Shown here: positions 32,040-42,400 of the stretch, piece after piece
How positions within the stretch are numbered: position 1 is the stretch's first letter
How the letters are laid out: each line of letters begins with the position of its first letter
Sequence record: CP113993.1
Origin: a plasmid
DNA length: 64,000 nucleotides
Direction: 5' to 3' (one strand)
Translations under genes and position numbers: made by a program
The notes under the pieces: generated by a model
What the model saw: only the letters and a program-made list of their open reading frames with translations
What the model was told of the DNA's origin: nothing
Databases searched by the model: none

Positions 32040-32165
32040 GAACTATGTATAGGTGTGAGATATCCATATGCCCAACATCTGCATATGCGTGGCATACGCA
32101 TATCCTCACCATCTGCATATGCTGCATATATACATATGCTGAACATCTGCCTATACTGAACAGAT
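32040..32165. promoter_or_regulatory. Cluster of GCATATGC-type palindromes and ATCTGCATATGC direct repeats just upstream of vapB. Likely an operator or autoregulatory region, less likely iteron-like.
   Basis: acatctgcatatgc (32086), ccatctgcatatgc (32119) and acatctgcctatac (32148), plus the palindrome atgcgtggcatacgcat at ~32090-32107. Confidence 0.35.
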
Positions 32166-32235
32166 GCACACACCCGGTGCAATGAACATCATTCCGGATA
32201 TGCATCACATATCCACACTTACCCGGGAGAGAATC

Positions 32236-32466
32236 ATGAGAACCGTATCTATTTTTAAAAACGGCAACAACCGCGCCATCCGCCTTCCCCGCGATCTGGA
32301 TTTTGATGGAGTGAGCGAGCTGGAAATCGTCCGGGAAGGGGACAGCATCATCCTGCGCCCTGTCCGGCCGACCTGGGGCTCGTTCGCGCAGCTCGAAAAA
32401 GCTGACCCGGGCTTTATGGCGGAGCGTGAGGACGTTGTCAGCGACGAAGGACGATTTAACCTGTGA
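32236..32466 (+). CDS. vapB: VapB antitoxin (AbrB/SpoVT-type), 76 aa.
   Basis: MRTVSIFKNGNNRAIRLPRDLDFDGVSELEIVREGDSIILRPV.... Confidence 0.85.
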   Translation: MRTVSIFKNGNNRAIRLPRDLDFDGVSELEIVREGDSIILRPVRPTWGSFAQLEKADPGFMAEREDVVSDEGRFNL

Positions 32467-32879
32467 AGAAAATGTATATGCTCGACACGAACATCTGCTC
32501 GTTCATCATGCGCGAGCAGCCCGAAGCGGTGCTGAAGCGCCTGGAGCAGGCGGTGCTGCGCGGCCACCGTATTGTGGTCTCGGCCATCACCTACTCAGAG
32601 ATGCGCTTCGGCGCCACCGGCCCGAAGGCCTCGCCGCGTCACATTGAACTGGTTGACGCGTTCTGCGCCCGCCTCGATGCTATCCTGCCCTGGGACCGGG
32701 CCGCGGTGAACGCCACCACGGAGATTAAGGTGGCGCTACGCCTCGCCGGGACGCCGATCGGCCCGAACGACACGGCGATCGCCGGGCACGCTATTGCCGC
32801 CGGCGCGGTACTGGTGACAAATAATACGCGGGAGTTTGAGCGGGTGCCGGGTCTTGTTCTGGAAGACTGGGGAAGATAA
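32463..32879 (+). CDS. vapC: VapC PIN-domain toxin.
   Basis: ...MLDTNICSFIMREQPEAVLKRLEQ...VVSAITYSEMRFG...LVTNNTREFERVPGLVLEDW is the PIN signature. Its start overlaps the vapB stop. Confidence 0.85.
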   Translation: MKKMYMLDTNICSFIMREQPEAVLKRLEQAVLRGHRIVVSAITYSEMRFGATGPKASPRHIELVDAFCARLDAILPWDRAAVNATTEIKVALRLAGTPIGPNDTAIAGHAIAAGAVLVTNNTREFERVPGLVLEDWGR

Positions 32880-33448
32880 CGCTGTAAAACAAAATGTGCG
32901 GAGGCGTTTCCGCTCACGGCCTCCCGGTATGAGACTGACGTCGGCGACGCGCTGGACGCTCTGCTGGCACGCGCTAGATTCAACGCCGCCCAGGCACAGG
33001 AGCTGCGGTGGCACCGCATACGCTGGCCGCTGACGGGTGATGAAGAATTTGAGCAGCGCTACGGGAAATCTTGATTAAACGCATCCGTGAAAAAAGGAAT
33101 ACTGAAAATGGCCAGAATTCAGTGCAACCGTGATCGGGGCAATAATTCATTCGACGGGGTGATTTGTCTGGCCCGGGGAAAATCGTTAACTGTGTACTAC
33201 ATGTTGCTTTTCGTTTTAAAAAACTTATATACAGCGAATGTTATTCAGAACGAAAGTACTTTCTCCAGCCGCAACCTGCTCATCTGGTATTCCTCATCTG
33301 TTACACTCCCCGCTTACAGTCTGTCCAGACCGTATCGTATAGTTCCGGGAGGAGCTCCTTCTCAGCCAAATTAAAGCCACACGGTCAGGATTATACCCAG
33401 AAGCCCGTTAATCGTGCTGCCCACAGGGGGACGTATTTTTATCCGCAC

Positions 33449-34297
33449 TCATGACGTCGTTGTCCGGCTGAAGCGGTAAAACCGGTCTGGCTCACTGACT
33501 ATCCACAGCGAATTCCGGCCATCAGAAGCTATCCCTTCCGCCTGCGGAATGTCCCGCTCCAGACCACTGTGTCCCCGGCGCAGCGGCATCACCCTCCTGC
33601 CGCCCTCCGGGTCTGACACCAGCACCAGGGCTGATTCATGGGAAAGCACATACAGCCGCCTGTTTATCCTGTCGTAATGCAGACCGGAGATATCCTTCAG
33701 GAACCACGGCAGGGACAACCGGTGCGTCAGTGAATCACTGACCGACAGAGAGTCATGGCTGTGGTCCGTTTCTAAAAAACGAAGCGGTTTCTTTTCCTGC
33801 GCCACCATCAGGGCATTCTCTCCCCGTCCACGGGCAAGGCCTTCAAAACCGGCATTGTCGCTTTTTCTGTCCACATCCAGGGTCAGGGTGTATGACGCCG
33901 GCGGCAGGACAGACGTATTCCTGTCAATGTGGTGGGTGGTGAGTATCCGCTCCCGTTCCCGGGACAGGACATAGCGGTTCCGGCCGAGATACTCAATGGC
34001 CTCAAAATCATGGTCGCCATCCGATGGTATCACCCGCAGCACGTTCCCGTCCGTGTCCAGCTCCACCACCGACGACGGATGGTCGGTCACGGCAAACAGC
34101 GTTCCGCTGTCCGGGTTCCACGTCAGGCCGGAGAGACCGCCCTGTATACCGGGAATGTCTTTTTCTGTCGCAAGCTGCCACTGCGTTTCCTCCGGGTACC
34201 AGGTTTCCGGAAAATACAGTGTGGCCGCACCGGCCACCATCAGAAGAGCGCCAGCCAGCAGTGCCGGTTTTTGTTTAAGTAAACGTCTCAGAGTCAT
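33449..34297 (-). CDS. SdiA-regulated / YjiK-family periplasmic beta-propeller protein, 282 aa.
   Basis: A signal peptide is followed by repeated ...SGLTWNPDSGTLFAVTD... and ...IEYLGRNRYVLSRER... motifs typical of the YjiK/SrgE family. Assigned from memory. Confidence 0.45.
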   Translation of the reverse strand: MTLRRLLKQKPALLAGALLMVAGAATLYFPETWYPEETQWQLATEKDIPGIQGGLSGLTWNPDSGTLFAVTDHPSSVVELDTDGNVLRVIPSDGDHDFEAIEYLGRNRYVLSRERERILTTHHIDRNTSVLPPASYTLTLDVDRKSDNAGFEGLARGRGENALMVAQEKKPLRFLETDHSHDSLSVSDSLTHRLSLPWFLKDISGLHYDRINRRLYVLSHESALVLVSDPEGGRRVMPLRRGHSGLERDIPQAEGIASDGRNSLWIVSEPDRFYRFSRTTTS

Positions 34298-34744
34298 GGT
34301 TCCGGATATTCAATTCATCGCATTACATGCAGTCAATGACAAACCAGAGCATGGCCAGGGCTCCGGTCAGGAAGCCGGAGATGAAAGCGCTGGTCAGCAG
34401 CAGTAAAATCAGCGCCCGGAGCGAAAAGCGTCCCCCGCCATACCCGGCGCGTCTTTCGTCATCCGGCATGTTGTCCTTCTGCAAAAAAATTCTCCGGGGA
34501 ATTACCGGTATGGAGATGTCCGGATAAAAAGAGCTTTATTCCCGTAAGGCCTGTCATGCAGCCCCGGATTATATTCATTCCATATTCAGTAACAGGAATA
34601 CCGATACAAAAAACACCAGTGATATCATGACGACAAAAGAAATACAGATGTAATAAATCATCTTCAGAAAGTTCATCAGTCAGTTACCGCAATATCTGTT
34701 CCGGCCACTTGTTCTCTCCATGCCCTTGTTTTACCGGATATCGG

Positions 34745-34957
34745 TCAGACCAGCCGCCATCGTCCGGACACGCCTTTATCTGCATTCATTTTCTCCACCA
34801 CCCCGGCTCCCTCAAGCGTGGCCAGGTAAGACCGGGCCTGGTATATTGTCAGTCCGGCCGCATCCGCAATACTCCGGGTCCTGACCGGTATATTTATCCT
34901 GCCGTTTGCCTGTGACTGCATAAAAGACAGAATTTTGTCGCAAGCGTCATTACTCAT
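34745..34957 (-). CDS. PapI/FaeB-family small regulator, 70 aa.
   Basis: MSNDACDKILSFMQSQANGRINIPVRTRSIADAAGLTIYQARSYLATLEGAGVVEK... matches PapI (...[28 protein letters not shown]...). An AGGAGA Shine-Dalgarno lies 6 nt upstream. Confidence 0.6.
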   Translation of the reverse strand: MSNDACDKILSFMQSQANGRINIPVRTRSIADAAGLTIYQARSYLATLEGAGVVEKMNADKGVSGRWRLV

Positions 34958-35022
34958 TTTGTTCTCCTGTATCAACGGGCAGATAACGGCCCCCCGGAAG
35001 CTGAAATACCTGCCCCGGGTCT

Positions 35023-35613
35023 TCACCTGTCAGAACCGTTGTCCGGCTCATCAGTAATCACCCCGGGCAACAGGCCGCTCGTGCACAGCACATGCAGGTT
35101 CTCCACCCCCGCATACTCCACCATACAGGCCCGGAGGTAATAATCCTTGCGTGATGCCGCCTTCAGTGACGCATTCCTGGTTATGGCCGTACACAGGGAT
35201 ATCAGAGTCCGCTTTCGCAAGTCAGTCAGTTCACCTGAGCTTTCCGGCCCGGCACTTCCCTTAAGCGCCTGCCGCAGCATGTCACGCAGCCGGAGGAGGC
35301 TGTCCCGGCCACTGATAACCTGCGCGGTTCCTCTCAGGAGCCGCATTTCCTGCAGCCGCGAAGGTACCAGAACAACCATGGGAACCGGACTGGCCGCGTG
35401 CAGCATTCTGATGCCCTGCAGATGCCGTCCCCAGCCGGCCAGCGGCTCCGCACTCAGTGCCACCAGGACCAGGTCATATGCCCCGGGAGGTGACATCTCC
35501 GGCCGCATCACGGCATACCCCATACCGGCAAGCAGATATGACAGCCCCAGCAGTTCATATTCACAGTTACCCGTCAACAGTATGCGTTTCCGGCGGGACA
35601 TGGTATTTTCCAT
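35023..35613 (-). CDS. Atypical receiver-like/HTH regulator, 196 aa, at the distal end of the Fae-like operon.
   Basis: MENTMSRRKRILLTGNCEYELLGLSYLL...YDLVLVALS... has a CheY-like fold signature. Confidence 0.35.
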   Translation of the reverse strand: MENTMSRRKRILLTGNCEYELLGLSYLLAGMGYAVMRPEMSPPGAYDLVLVALSAEPLAGWGRHLQGIRMLHAASPVPMVVLVPSRLQEMRLLRGTAQVISGRDSLLRLRDMLRQALKGSAGPESSGELTDLRKRTLISLCTAITRNASLKAASRKDYYLRACMVEYAGVENLHVLCTSGLLPGVITDEPDNGSDR

Positions 35614-35815
35614 TTATTCTGCCCCCGCTAACTTAACGCCAGGCTCATCAGCCCTGCCAGCCCCACAAGAACCAGCAGATAAACCGTGACCAGTACACGT
35701 ACAGATATTTTCATTACGATCCCTGCTCAGAAATAGTTCACCACCGGCGTCAGGTTGCCCTGCCAGCGCATCCGGGCGGGCCGGGACATATTCAGGGATA
35801 CGGACACCGGTGGCC

Positions 35816-36580
35816 TCACCGGTATTCAATGCTCACTGCCAGGGAGGTGTGCCAGCGGGACGGTATCTCCCCCTTAAAACGCAGTTCCCCGCTGTCCGCC
35901 ACCGTCTGTGCGCCGTATACCCCGTCAACCTGGCGCAGGGCGGCGTCACTGAACCGGCTCAGTCCGGTCACGCTGCTGACCGTCATCTCCCGGAGCCAGG
36001 CCGGGCCTTCACTGTCAAACAGGGTCTGCAGTACACCCGGCGTCTGCTCCGCCGGCATCACCTGCCCCTGCGCCGGCAGGCCGTTACCCTGCAGGTCGTC
36101 ATACAACCCGGCATACTCCGCCCGGTCTCCCCGGACATGGCGCAGCACACCCGCCGTCTGCAGCCTGAAGCTGAACGTCCCGGTACGGACATTTCCCTCC
36201 CCCGTCACCGGCAGTGTCACCGATGCCGTCCCCGGTGCCGTCCACATCAGTGCAAAACCCTCTGTTCCATTACCGTACGTCACCTGCGGCGCAAGCCCCT
36301 CCCGGCCTGCCGGGGTGGTCAGGATAGTTTTTCCCAGCAGGACCGTCATGGCCGGCAGGGGAACCGGTATTACCTGCTCCCCACTGCGCAGGACTGAGTG
36401 TGCCTTCGTGTTTATCTGTGTGTTCCCTTCCCCGACCTTCCAGACCCAGGGATTACGGGTGCTGGTCACCGGCCCGCCCAGCTTCAGCTCTCCGCTGAAG
36501 TCTTCCCCCGGCGTGTTCCACGCCAGCACACAGGACGGCAGCAGACTGGCGGCCAGCAGTAAAATCGTCATTCGTTTCAT
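35816..36580 (-). CDS. Minor fimbrial subunit (FaeI-like), 254 aa.
   Basis: Signal peptide MKRMTILLLAASLLPSCVLA. Its size and position match K88 FaeI (254 aa). Confidence 0.55.
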   Translation of the reverse strand: MKRMTILLLAASLLPSCVLAWNTPGEDFSGELKLGGPVTSTRNPWVWKVGEGNTQINTKAHSVLRSGEQVIPVPLPAMTVLLGKTILTTPAGREGLAPQVTYGNGTEGFALMWTAPGTASVTLPVTGEGNVRTGTFSFRLQTAGVLRHVRGDRAEYAGLYDDLQGNGLPAQGQVMPAEQTPGVLQTLFDSEGPAWLREMTVSSVTGLSRFSDAALRQVDGVYGAQTVADSGELRFKGEIPSRWHTSLAVSIEYR

Positions 36581-36607
36581 TGTGTTCTTCCTCTCCCTGC
36601 CCGTTCT

Positions 36608-37399
36608 TTACTGGACCGTCACACTCAGCCCGGCCTGCCACTGCGCCGGCGTATTTTCTGCCGGCAGGCGCAGCTCAAAATCCGAGACGGCGGACGCATA
36701 GGCAGCCGCCAGCTGCGTCACCCGGGCGTCAGCCAGCACGCCCTGACTGATAACCTGACCGTTATCCGCCGTGCTCATTCCGTTACCGAAGCCCCGGTTC
36801 AGCATCAGCAGGGAAGGCAGGCGGCTTTTAAGCCACTGCGGCAAGGTGCCGGCCTGCACGCCGCTCACGCTCTGCCCGTTAACGAGCGACATACCTGCCG
36901 GCAAAACCGCCCCGTCTTCCTGGTGTCCGGCGCTGACGGCCATTCCCTGGTCAAGGGTGAAAGAAAGCTGTCCCGCCACGTGACCGTTCTCCGGGTTACG
37001 TACCGGGACAGAGGCGCGGAAGTGCTGCGCCGTCGTGCTACCGCCAGCCGTCACGGAAAACGGCTGACCGTTACTGCTGAACGTGATGAAAGGCGTGAAG
37101 CCGGGACCACCGCGCTCTGCCACCTCATACAGGTGGCCTTCCAGAAACGGCAGGGTGCCCTTACTGCGCAGGTCAAAAACAAGAAAGCCGTTTTCATTAC
37201 GGGCATCAGCGGTGTCCACCGCCCATGTCTGGTCAGGAGAGCCCACCTGCCAGGTCCATTTCGGGGCCTCGTCAGTGACCAGACCGTGAAACTGTATTTC
37301 CCCGCCGTCAAGAATTCCGGCCCGGGGTGCTGCGGAATAAAACAGGGCCAGCGCGGCCAGGGCGGAAATAATAGATTTATAATGATGCGTTATTTTCAT
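36608..37399 (-). CDS. Minor fimbrial subunit (FaeH-like), 263 aa.
   Basis: It has a signal peptide. Its size and position match FaeH (265 aa). Confidence 0.55.
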   Translation of the reverse strand: MKITHHYKSIISALAALALFYSAAPRAGILDGGEIQFHGLVTDEAPKWTWQVGSPDQTWAVDTADARNENGFLVFDLRSKGTLPFLEGHLYEVAERGGPGFTPFITFSSNGQPFSVTAGGSTTAQHFRASVPVRNPENGHVAGQLSFTLDQGMAVSAGHQEDGAVLPAGMSLVNGQSVSGVQAGTLPQWLKSRLPSLLMLNRGFGNGMSTADNGQVISQGVLADARVTQLAAAYASAVSDFELRLPAENTPAQWQAGLSVTVQ

Positions 37400-37559
37400 C
37401 GTTATTCACTCTGTTTTATCCGGACATACAACCCCAGACAGGTCAGAAACTGGTTTTTTATTAAAATAAAGGACAAGCTGGCATTCTGAGCAAAAAACGC
37501 AGAAGGCCAGACTTGAATTAACCCTTGATGGTTATAATATAATATTTAAAAGACAGATA

Positions 37560-38384
37560 TTAAGAATAAGAGACAGTAATATGCAGCGGTGCAACCCACT
37601 CCGTATTTTCAGTAACAGCCTCATTGAATTTTACCTTCTGGGACACTCCAGCTTTTATACCAAAGGCATAAGAAGCAGCACCACCACTAATTCTATCGAT
37701 AGTCCCCTCCATGGGAGTGTTACCACCTTTTTTTGTTACGTCTGGATACTTTTTAGTTACGAGAGCCAGCAAATCATCACTTCCAAGCCCCCCAAATGAA
37801 ACGAGTCCTGAGTATGAAACCGCATTTTCAGGTGCGCCACCATAAAAAATCTGGCCAGGCTGCTTCGAGTACACTGAGCCGAAGAACGCCATATCATTTC
37901 CTTTAGCGTGATACATCACTAAGGTTTGTGCTGTTCCAGTAAGAGTAAAAACACCGCTCTGGAGAGAGTCTTTCCCTTTTACAGGGATCTGTAAGCTAAC
38001 AGAACTTCTGTCGTTAGATACCATTTCGATTTTATTACCATCAAATCCACTGAACTGGATTTGCGGAGCAGCCCCATATCCAGCCTGAAAATCTAGAGGA
38101 AAGGCCTCCGTTACCTTCCCCACAAGAACAGGCATATTCTCTTTGGCTGCAAATGTTAATTCAGTCTTGTCTTCTGACAGATCAGTGAAAGAGCTTTGGA
38201 AACTATCAAATCCAGCTCCAACACCCCATACCCATTGATTCTGGTATTCAGGTTTGGTAATTGTACCACCAAAATTCACAGTCTGATCTAGATTACCGGG
38301 TTGCTGCCAGCTTACATCAGCCATAACTTGACCAGACATTAACGCAGAAGCAGCCACCGCCAGTGCCATCAGTGTTTTTTTCAT
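37560..38384 (-). CDS. Major fimbrial subunit/adhesin (FaeG-like), 274 aa.
   Basis: Signal peptide MKKTLMALAVAASALMSGQVMA. Its size and position match FaeG (K88 major subunit). Confidence 0.55.
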   Translation of the reverse strand: MKKTLMALAVAASALMSGQVMADVSWQQPGNLDQTVNFGGTITKPEYQNQWVWGVGAGFDSFQSSFTDLSEDKTELTFAAKENMPVLVGKVTEAFPLDFQAGYGAAPQIQFSGFDGNKIEMVSNDRSSVSLQIPVKGKDSLQSGVFTLTGTAQTLVMYHAKGNDMAFFGSVYSKQPGQIFYGGAPENAVSYSGLVSFGGLGSDDLLALVTKKYPDVTKKGGNTPMEGTIDRISGGAASYAFGIKAGVSQKVKFNEAVTENTEWVAPLHITVSYS

Positions 38385-38608
38385 GAGTTTAAATTCCTTT
38401 CAGTTTTATAAAACAATTAAAGAACTATTTTGTTATTAAATGGTAATTCCGTCTGTTACCCGGTCTTACCGCAAAACCATCCCCTGCCACCTTATTCAGG
38501 TGGCATCACTGAGATATTTATCCCTGTAATACAGAATGGCTTTACGTTATTGCCGTAAATAACAGTGCGGCATTCACTCCGGTAATGCGTGGTGTCCTGC
38601 CGTTCTTT

Positions 38609-39103
38609 TTAACTGACGCTTACTCCTTCCACTTCCACCGGCACCTGCACATTTCCCCGGTAGTTCGCCGGCACCTCCAGCTCCGCCGGCGCGTCACTTC
38701 TCAGCTCCACCTGCCGGGTTGCCGCCGGTACTGTGATCACCACATCCTCTCCCCGCTGGCTGGCCGAGAGGGCCGCCCGCTGCCCGTCCACCATCAGGGT
38801 GGTCTTCAGCGTGAGCCGTGCATCCCGGCCGTCTCCCAGTGTCCGTTTCACCGTGATATACACCATGTTTCCGGAGGCCGGACGGCTTTCCGCATTACGG
38901 ATAACCAGCGTCTCCGGCAGCGGACCGTTGCTCTCCGTCCGGTACAGCACCGGGTCCGCCGGGGTGCGCGTCACCTTCACCACGCTGTTGCCCACCACCT
39001 GACCGTTCACCACGCCCAGGTACTGCGTCTTCTCGCTGTAATCCGCCGCCAGGACCGGCAGGGCGCTGAAGAGGGCTACCGCCATCAGTGCTTTTTTCAT
39101 CAT
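38609..39103 (-). CDS. Minor fimbrial subunit (FaeF-like), 164 aa.
   Basis: Signal peptide MMKKALMAVALFSALPVLA. Its size matches FaeF (163 aa). Confidence 0.55.
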   Translation of the reverse strand: MMKKALMAVALFSALPVLAADYSEKTQYLGVVNGQVVGNSVVKVTRTPADPVLYRTESNGPLPETLVIRNAESRPASGNMVYITVKRTLGDGRDARLTLKTTLMVDGQRAALSASQRGEDVVITVPAATRQVELRSDAPAELEVPANYRGNVQVPVEVEGVSVS

Positions 39104-39135
39104 GGTTTCTCCTTACTCCGCAGGACCGGAAAGGA

Positions 39136-39930
39136 TTATTTTTTACCTGCCCCGGCCGCTGTTTTCGTCTCCGGGACCGTCTTTGCCTCCGGTGCCGCCA
39201 CTTTTTTCTGGTTGATGGTCCAGGTCTGCAGCTCGCCGTAATCGTTCAGGGAATCCACCTTCACCACATTCCCCTTCACCTGCACCTCATCCCCCGGCAT
39301 AAACATCAGCAGTTTCTGGGCGGTGTCGTTGTCCACCGCAACCTTTTTACCGTTCGCATCCAGCAGGCTGCCGATGGCGTAGATATACGGCGTGGTGTTG
39401 ACCAGCATCGTCCGCCCGTCCGGACGGACCTGCAGGCTGATGCCTTCCTCGGCGCCTTTACGGTCCTTCAGCAGCGCCTCCGGGCGGTAGAACAGCTTCA
39501 GCTTCGTGCGCAGGGCAATGGCAATTCCGCTGCCCTTCAGCGCCGGCGGAATATCCTGCAGGTTCAGCCAGTACACTGACTCTTTATCCTTCGGCAGGTG
39601 GTCAGAGGCCATGATGATACGCAGCGTCTGCTGCCCCTGCGGTTTCACCTTAAAAAAGGACGGTGTCACCACAAACGTCGGGCGGGTGTCTTTCTCCACA
39701 ATATTGTCCACCCACGCCTGGCCGCCGAAAGTACGCTCCTTGTCATTGTTGGTCACCGTGATGGTCAGCGCGTCCTTGTCGCCGCGAAAAATATAGCGGG
39801 TCTGGTCCGCCGCCAGGGAAGCCAGCGCACTCTGGCTCGCCATCATCAGGGCCAGGGTCATTCCCAGCGCCTTCGTCACTCTGTTACGGAAAAAAGAACG
39901 CATTTTCTGGGTCTGTTTCATCGTCATCAT
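39136..39930 (-). CDS. Periplasmic fimbrial chaperone (FaeE/PapD family), 264 aa.
   Basis: It sits immediately after the usher gene. It has a signal peptide and a C-terminal Lys-rich tail. Confidence 0.7.
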   Translation of the reverse strand: MMTMKQTQKMRSFFRNRVTKALGMTLALMMASQSALASLAADQTRYIFRGDKDALTITVTNNDKERTFGGQAWVDNIVEKDTRPTFVVTPSFFKVKPQGQQTLRIIMASDHLPKDKESVYWLNLQDIPPALKGSGIAIALRTKLKLFYRPEALLKDRKGAEEGISLQVRPDGRTMLVNTTPYIYAIGSLLDANGKKVAVDNDTAQKLLMFMPGDEVQVKGNVVKVDSLNDYGELQTWTINQKKVAAPEAKTVPETKTAAGAGKK

Positions 39931-39943
39931 TGTCCGGTTATGC

Positions 39944-42376
39944 TTATTCGCACGTAATTTCCTGTAGTTTCGCCGTCTCCTGCAGTTTCGCCGCAGGTAT
40001 CCGGCACTGTCCCAGCGTGATATCGCCGGGGCGGTCCACCGCGTTAATCATCAGCACGCCGTTGTTCGCCACAAAGCCCAGCGGCGTGTTATTGCTGTCC
40101 CGTGCCCATGTGCCGCCCGGCACAAAGGCCCCGTCCGGCATCCTCACCTGCAGCAGGTAACGGTGCACCTTCAGAGCATCAAACGGCATCCACACCACCG
40201 CCCTGTCCGTCGGCACCACCTTCCGGCTGGTCGTGGACAGCTCCGTGTCCAGCGGCAGCGTGCCCGCATCTATGGTCACCGTATTCCAGTCATAGCTGTT
40301 CAGCGGCACCACCAGGTTCCCGTCACTGTCCGACGTTTCATTGCCGGACATCACCTTCACCCCCGGCGTGTCCTTCACGCTCACCACCGCCACCGTGTCC
40401 CCGGTGGTCCGGCTGAACATGATGTCCCGCGCCGCCGGCACCGCCAGTACCGAACCGCTGGCTGACACCGAACCACTGGTGCCCGAACCGGACGAGTGGT
40501 TCACCGTGCCGTTCAGGTTCGCCCGGTCGCCGCTGTAGGCGGCGTTCAGGTAACTGCTGACACCGCCGTCACTGTCACGGCCGCCGCCCAGACCGTAACT
40601 GAACCGGTCGTTCAGGGCCCCGGAGATACCGGTACTGACGCCGGTGCCGCCATCTTTACCGGTGCTCACCGTGGTGCTGCTGCTGTACTTCCGCTCAAAC
40701 AGGGTGAACGGCACCGACACCGACGCGGAGGCCGACCAGGTGTTCTCCCCGTTCATGTTCCGGGACCCGGACCAGCCCAGATTCAGGCTGACGCTTTTTA
40801 TCTGTGTGCTCAGGGTACCGGTAATTCCTGTCTCCTTACCGTTGTCATCAGCGTACCGGTAACTGCCGGTCGTGGAGGCCGGGTAATAGCTCCGCTGCCA
40901 GCCCGACGCCGACAGGCTGAACAGCCCCCCCACCGGCTGGCTGATGCCCGCATTCCACTCATCCCGGGTCCGGCGCCCCTGGTTCTGCTGCAGCCATGTT
41001 TCAGCCGGGTTAAAGGAGGACATGTCCTCATACTCCGCACTCTGCCGTGACCAGCTCACCCGCAGTCCGGTGTTCGTCAGTTCAAGCTGTTTGCTCCAGG
41101 CCACCTGTACCTTGTTCCCGCGGCGGCTGCCGTCCCGGTACTTCGCCGTGGCATACGCCCCGTCAGTGGAAAGCGCCCCCAGATAACCGAGCCCCAGCAC
41201 CGCACCGGCGCGGGCGCCCTGCCAGTCCTGGTTGAACACGCCCCCCGTGCGCAGCGTCAGCCCGTCCAGACCATACCCGTATGACGCGGCAAACACCCCG
41301 CCCTCCAGGTCGCTGTCATCGTCCGGTATCCCGGCCGCCACGCTGAACTCGTGCTGTCCCGGGCTCAGCTGCCCGGCCATTACCGACAGCGGGAAGACCT
41401 GCGTCTGCTCCCGGCCGTCATCCCCGGTGACGGTCATCGTCACATCCCCGCTGCTGTACAGCGGCACATCCGTGACGGAGAACGGCCCGGCCGGCATCAT
41501 TCCCGAGTACAGCGTCCTGCCGTTCTGCGTCAGGGTCACCCTTGAGGGTCCGTTCGCAATGCCGCTGAACACCGGGGTGTACCCGAGGTTACCCGGCTTC
41601 ATGCTGTTGTTCCGCGACAGGGACACCCCGTACGTGCCGGTACTGCCCAGCAGGCTGTCGCCGGTGGAGGTTTTCCCGACCGCCAGGTCCGCACTCAGGG
41701 AGCGAATGGCCCGGGTGGCCGTGAACATGTTTATCGTGGCATCGTTGTTCCCGCCGTCACCGGTGCTGGCCGTGGCTGACGAACTCACCACCCAGCGGCC
41801 GATGTTGGCGTTCAGGTCCGCAGACCCGAACGCCGAGGAGTTATTTCGCCCGGTGTTGGCGTTCGCGTTGTAGTTCATCCGGAACGCCTCCGTCCCGTAG
41901 TCCCACTCCACGTTCTCCGGCATTTTCACCAGCCCCTTCTGGGGGATGGCCAGCGACAGGCTCTGGGTGGCGACATCGAAGTCCACCTTCACCGCCGGCG
42001 CTTTCGCCAGCACATAACACTGCCGGGTGGCGTCATACCCCTCACGGAAGTACTCCGCGCTGACATAAATCCCGGCCTTTGCCAGCCACGCTTCTGACAG
42101 ACACAGCGCCTCGCTGTCCTGCGGCGTCACGTCCAGAATGTGCTTCCCGGCCTCCTTCCCGTTCAGGGACAGGTCCACCAGGTAGCGCCCCGGCGCATAA
42201 TCTCCGTTCAGCGCCGCCCAGACTTCCGGGTTAATTCCCGCCCCGCCCTGTATAAAGGACATGTCCAGTTTTTCTCCGGCACTTGCGGTACCGCTGCCCA
42301 GGGCAACCGCTGTCGCAAGTGCCAGCGCTGTCCTGCGTGCCCCCCTCTCCTCCGGTGACATCCGCATCAGTCTCAT
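39944..42376 (-). CDS. Fimbrial usher (FaeD/PapC family), 810 aa.
   Basis: Its 810-aa length matches FaeD (812 aa), with typical usher sequence and position. Confidence 0.85.
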   Translation of the reverse strand: MRLMRMSPEERGARRTALALATAVALGSGTASAGEKLDMSFIQGGAGINPEVWAALNGDYAPGRYLVDLSLNGKEAGKHILDVTPQDSEALCLSEAWLAKAGIYVSAEYFREGYDATRQCYVLAKAPAVKVDFDVATQSLSLAIPQKGLVKMPENVEWDYGTEAFRMNYNANANTGRNNSSAFGSADLNANIGRWVVSSSATASTGDGGNNDATINMFTATRAIRSLSADLAVGKTSTGDSLLGSTGTYGVSLSRNNSMKPGNLGYTPVFSGIANGPSRVTLTQNGRTLYSGMMPAGPFSVTDVPLYSSGDVTMTVTGDDGREQTQVFPLSVMAGQLSPGQHEFSVAAGIPDDDSDLEGGVFAASYGYGLDGLTLRTGGVFNQDWQGARAGAVLGLGYLGALSTDGAYATAKYRDGSRRGNKVQVAWSKQLELTNTGLRVSWSRQSAEYEDMSSFNPAETWLQQNQGRRTRDEWNAGISQPVGGLFSLSASGWQRSYYPASTTGSYRYADDNGKETGITGTLSTQIKSVSLNLGWSGSRNMNGENTWSASASVSVPFTLFERKYSSSTTVSTGKDGGTGVSTGISGALNDRFSYGLGGGRDSDGGVSSYLNAAYSGDRANLNGTVNHSSGSGTSGSVSASGSVLAVPAARDIMFSRTTGDTVAVVSVKDTPGVKVMSGNETSDSDGNLVVPLNSYDWNTVTIDAGTLPLDTELSTTSRKVVPTDRAVVWMPFDALKVHRYLLQVRMPDGAFVPGGTWARDSNNTPLGFVANNGVLMINAVDRPGDITLGQCRIPAAKLQETAKLQEITCE

Positions 42377-42400
42377 TCTGCTGCTCCTCCTTATTTTGTT

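Noticed and set aside
31641-32208. ORFs 31641-31910 (+), 31915-32208 (-) and 31922-32182 (-) in the ccdA-vapB intergenic region
   Set aside because: They are composed of the palindromic repeat cluster. Their His/Cys/Met-rich low-complexity translations and lack of SD sequences make them unlikely genes.
33087-33454. ORFs 33087-33374 and 33164-33454 downstream of vapC
   Set aside because: They overlap each other in different frames, have no motifs, and lie in a region that looks like decayed sequence (a C-terminal fragment ...EEFEQRYGKS ends at 33075).
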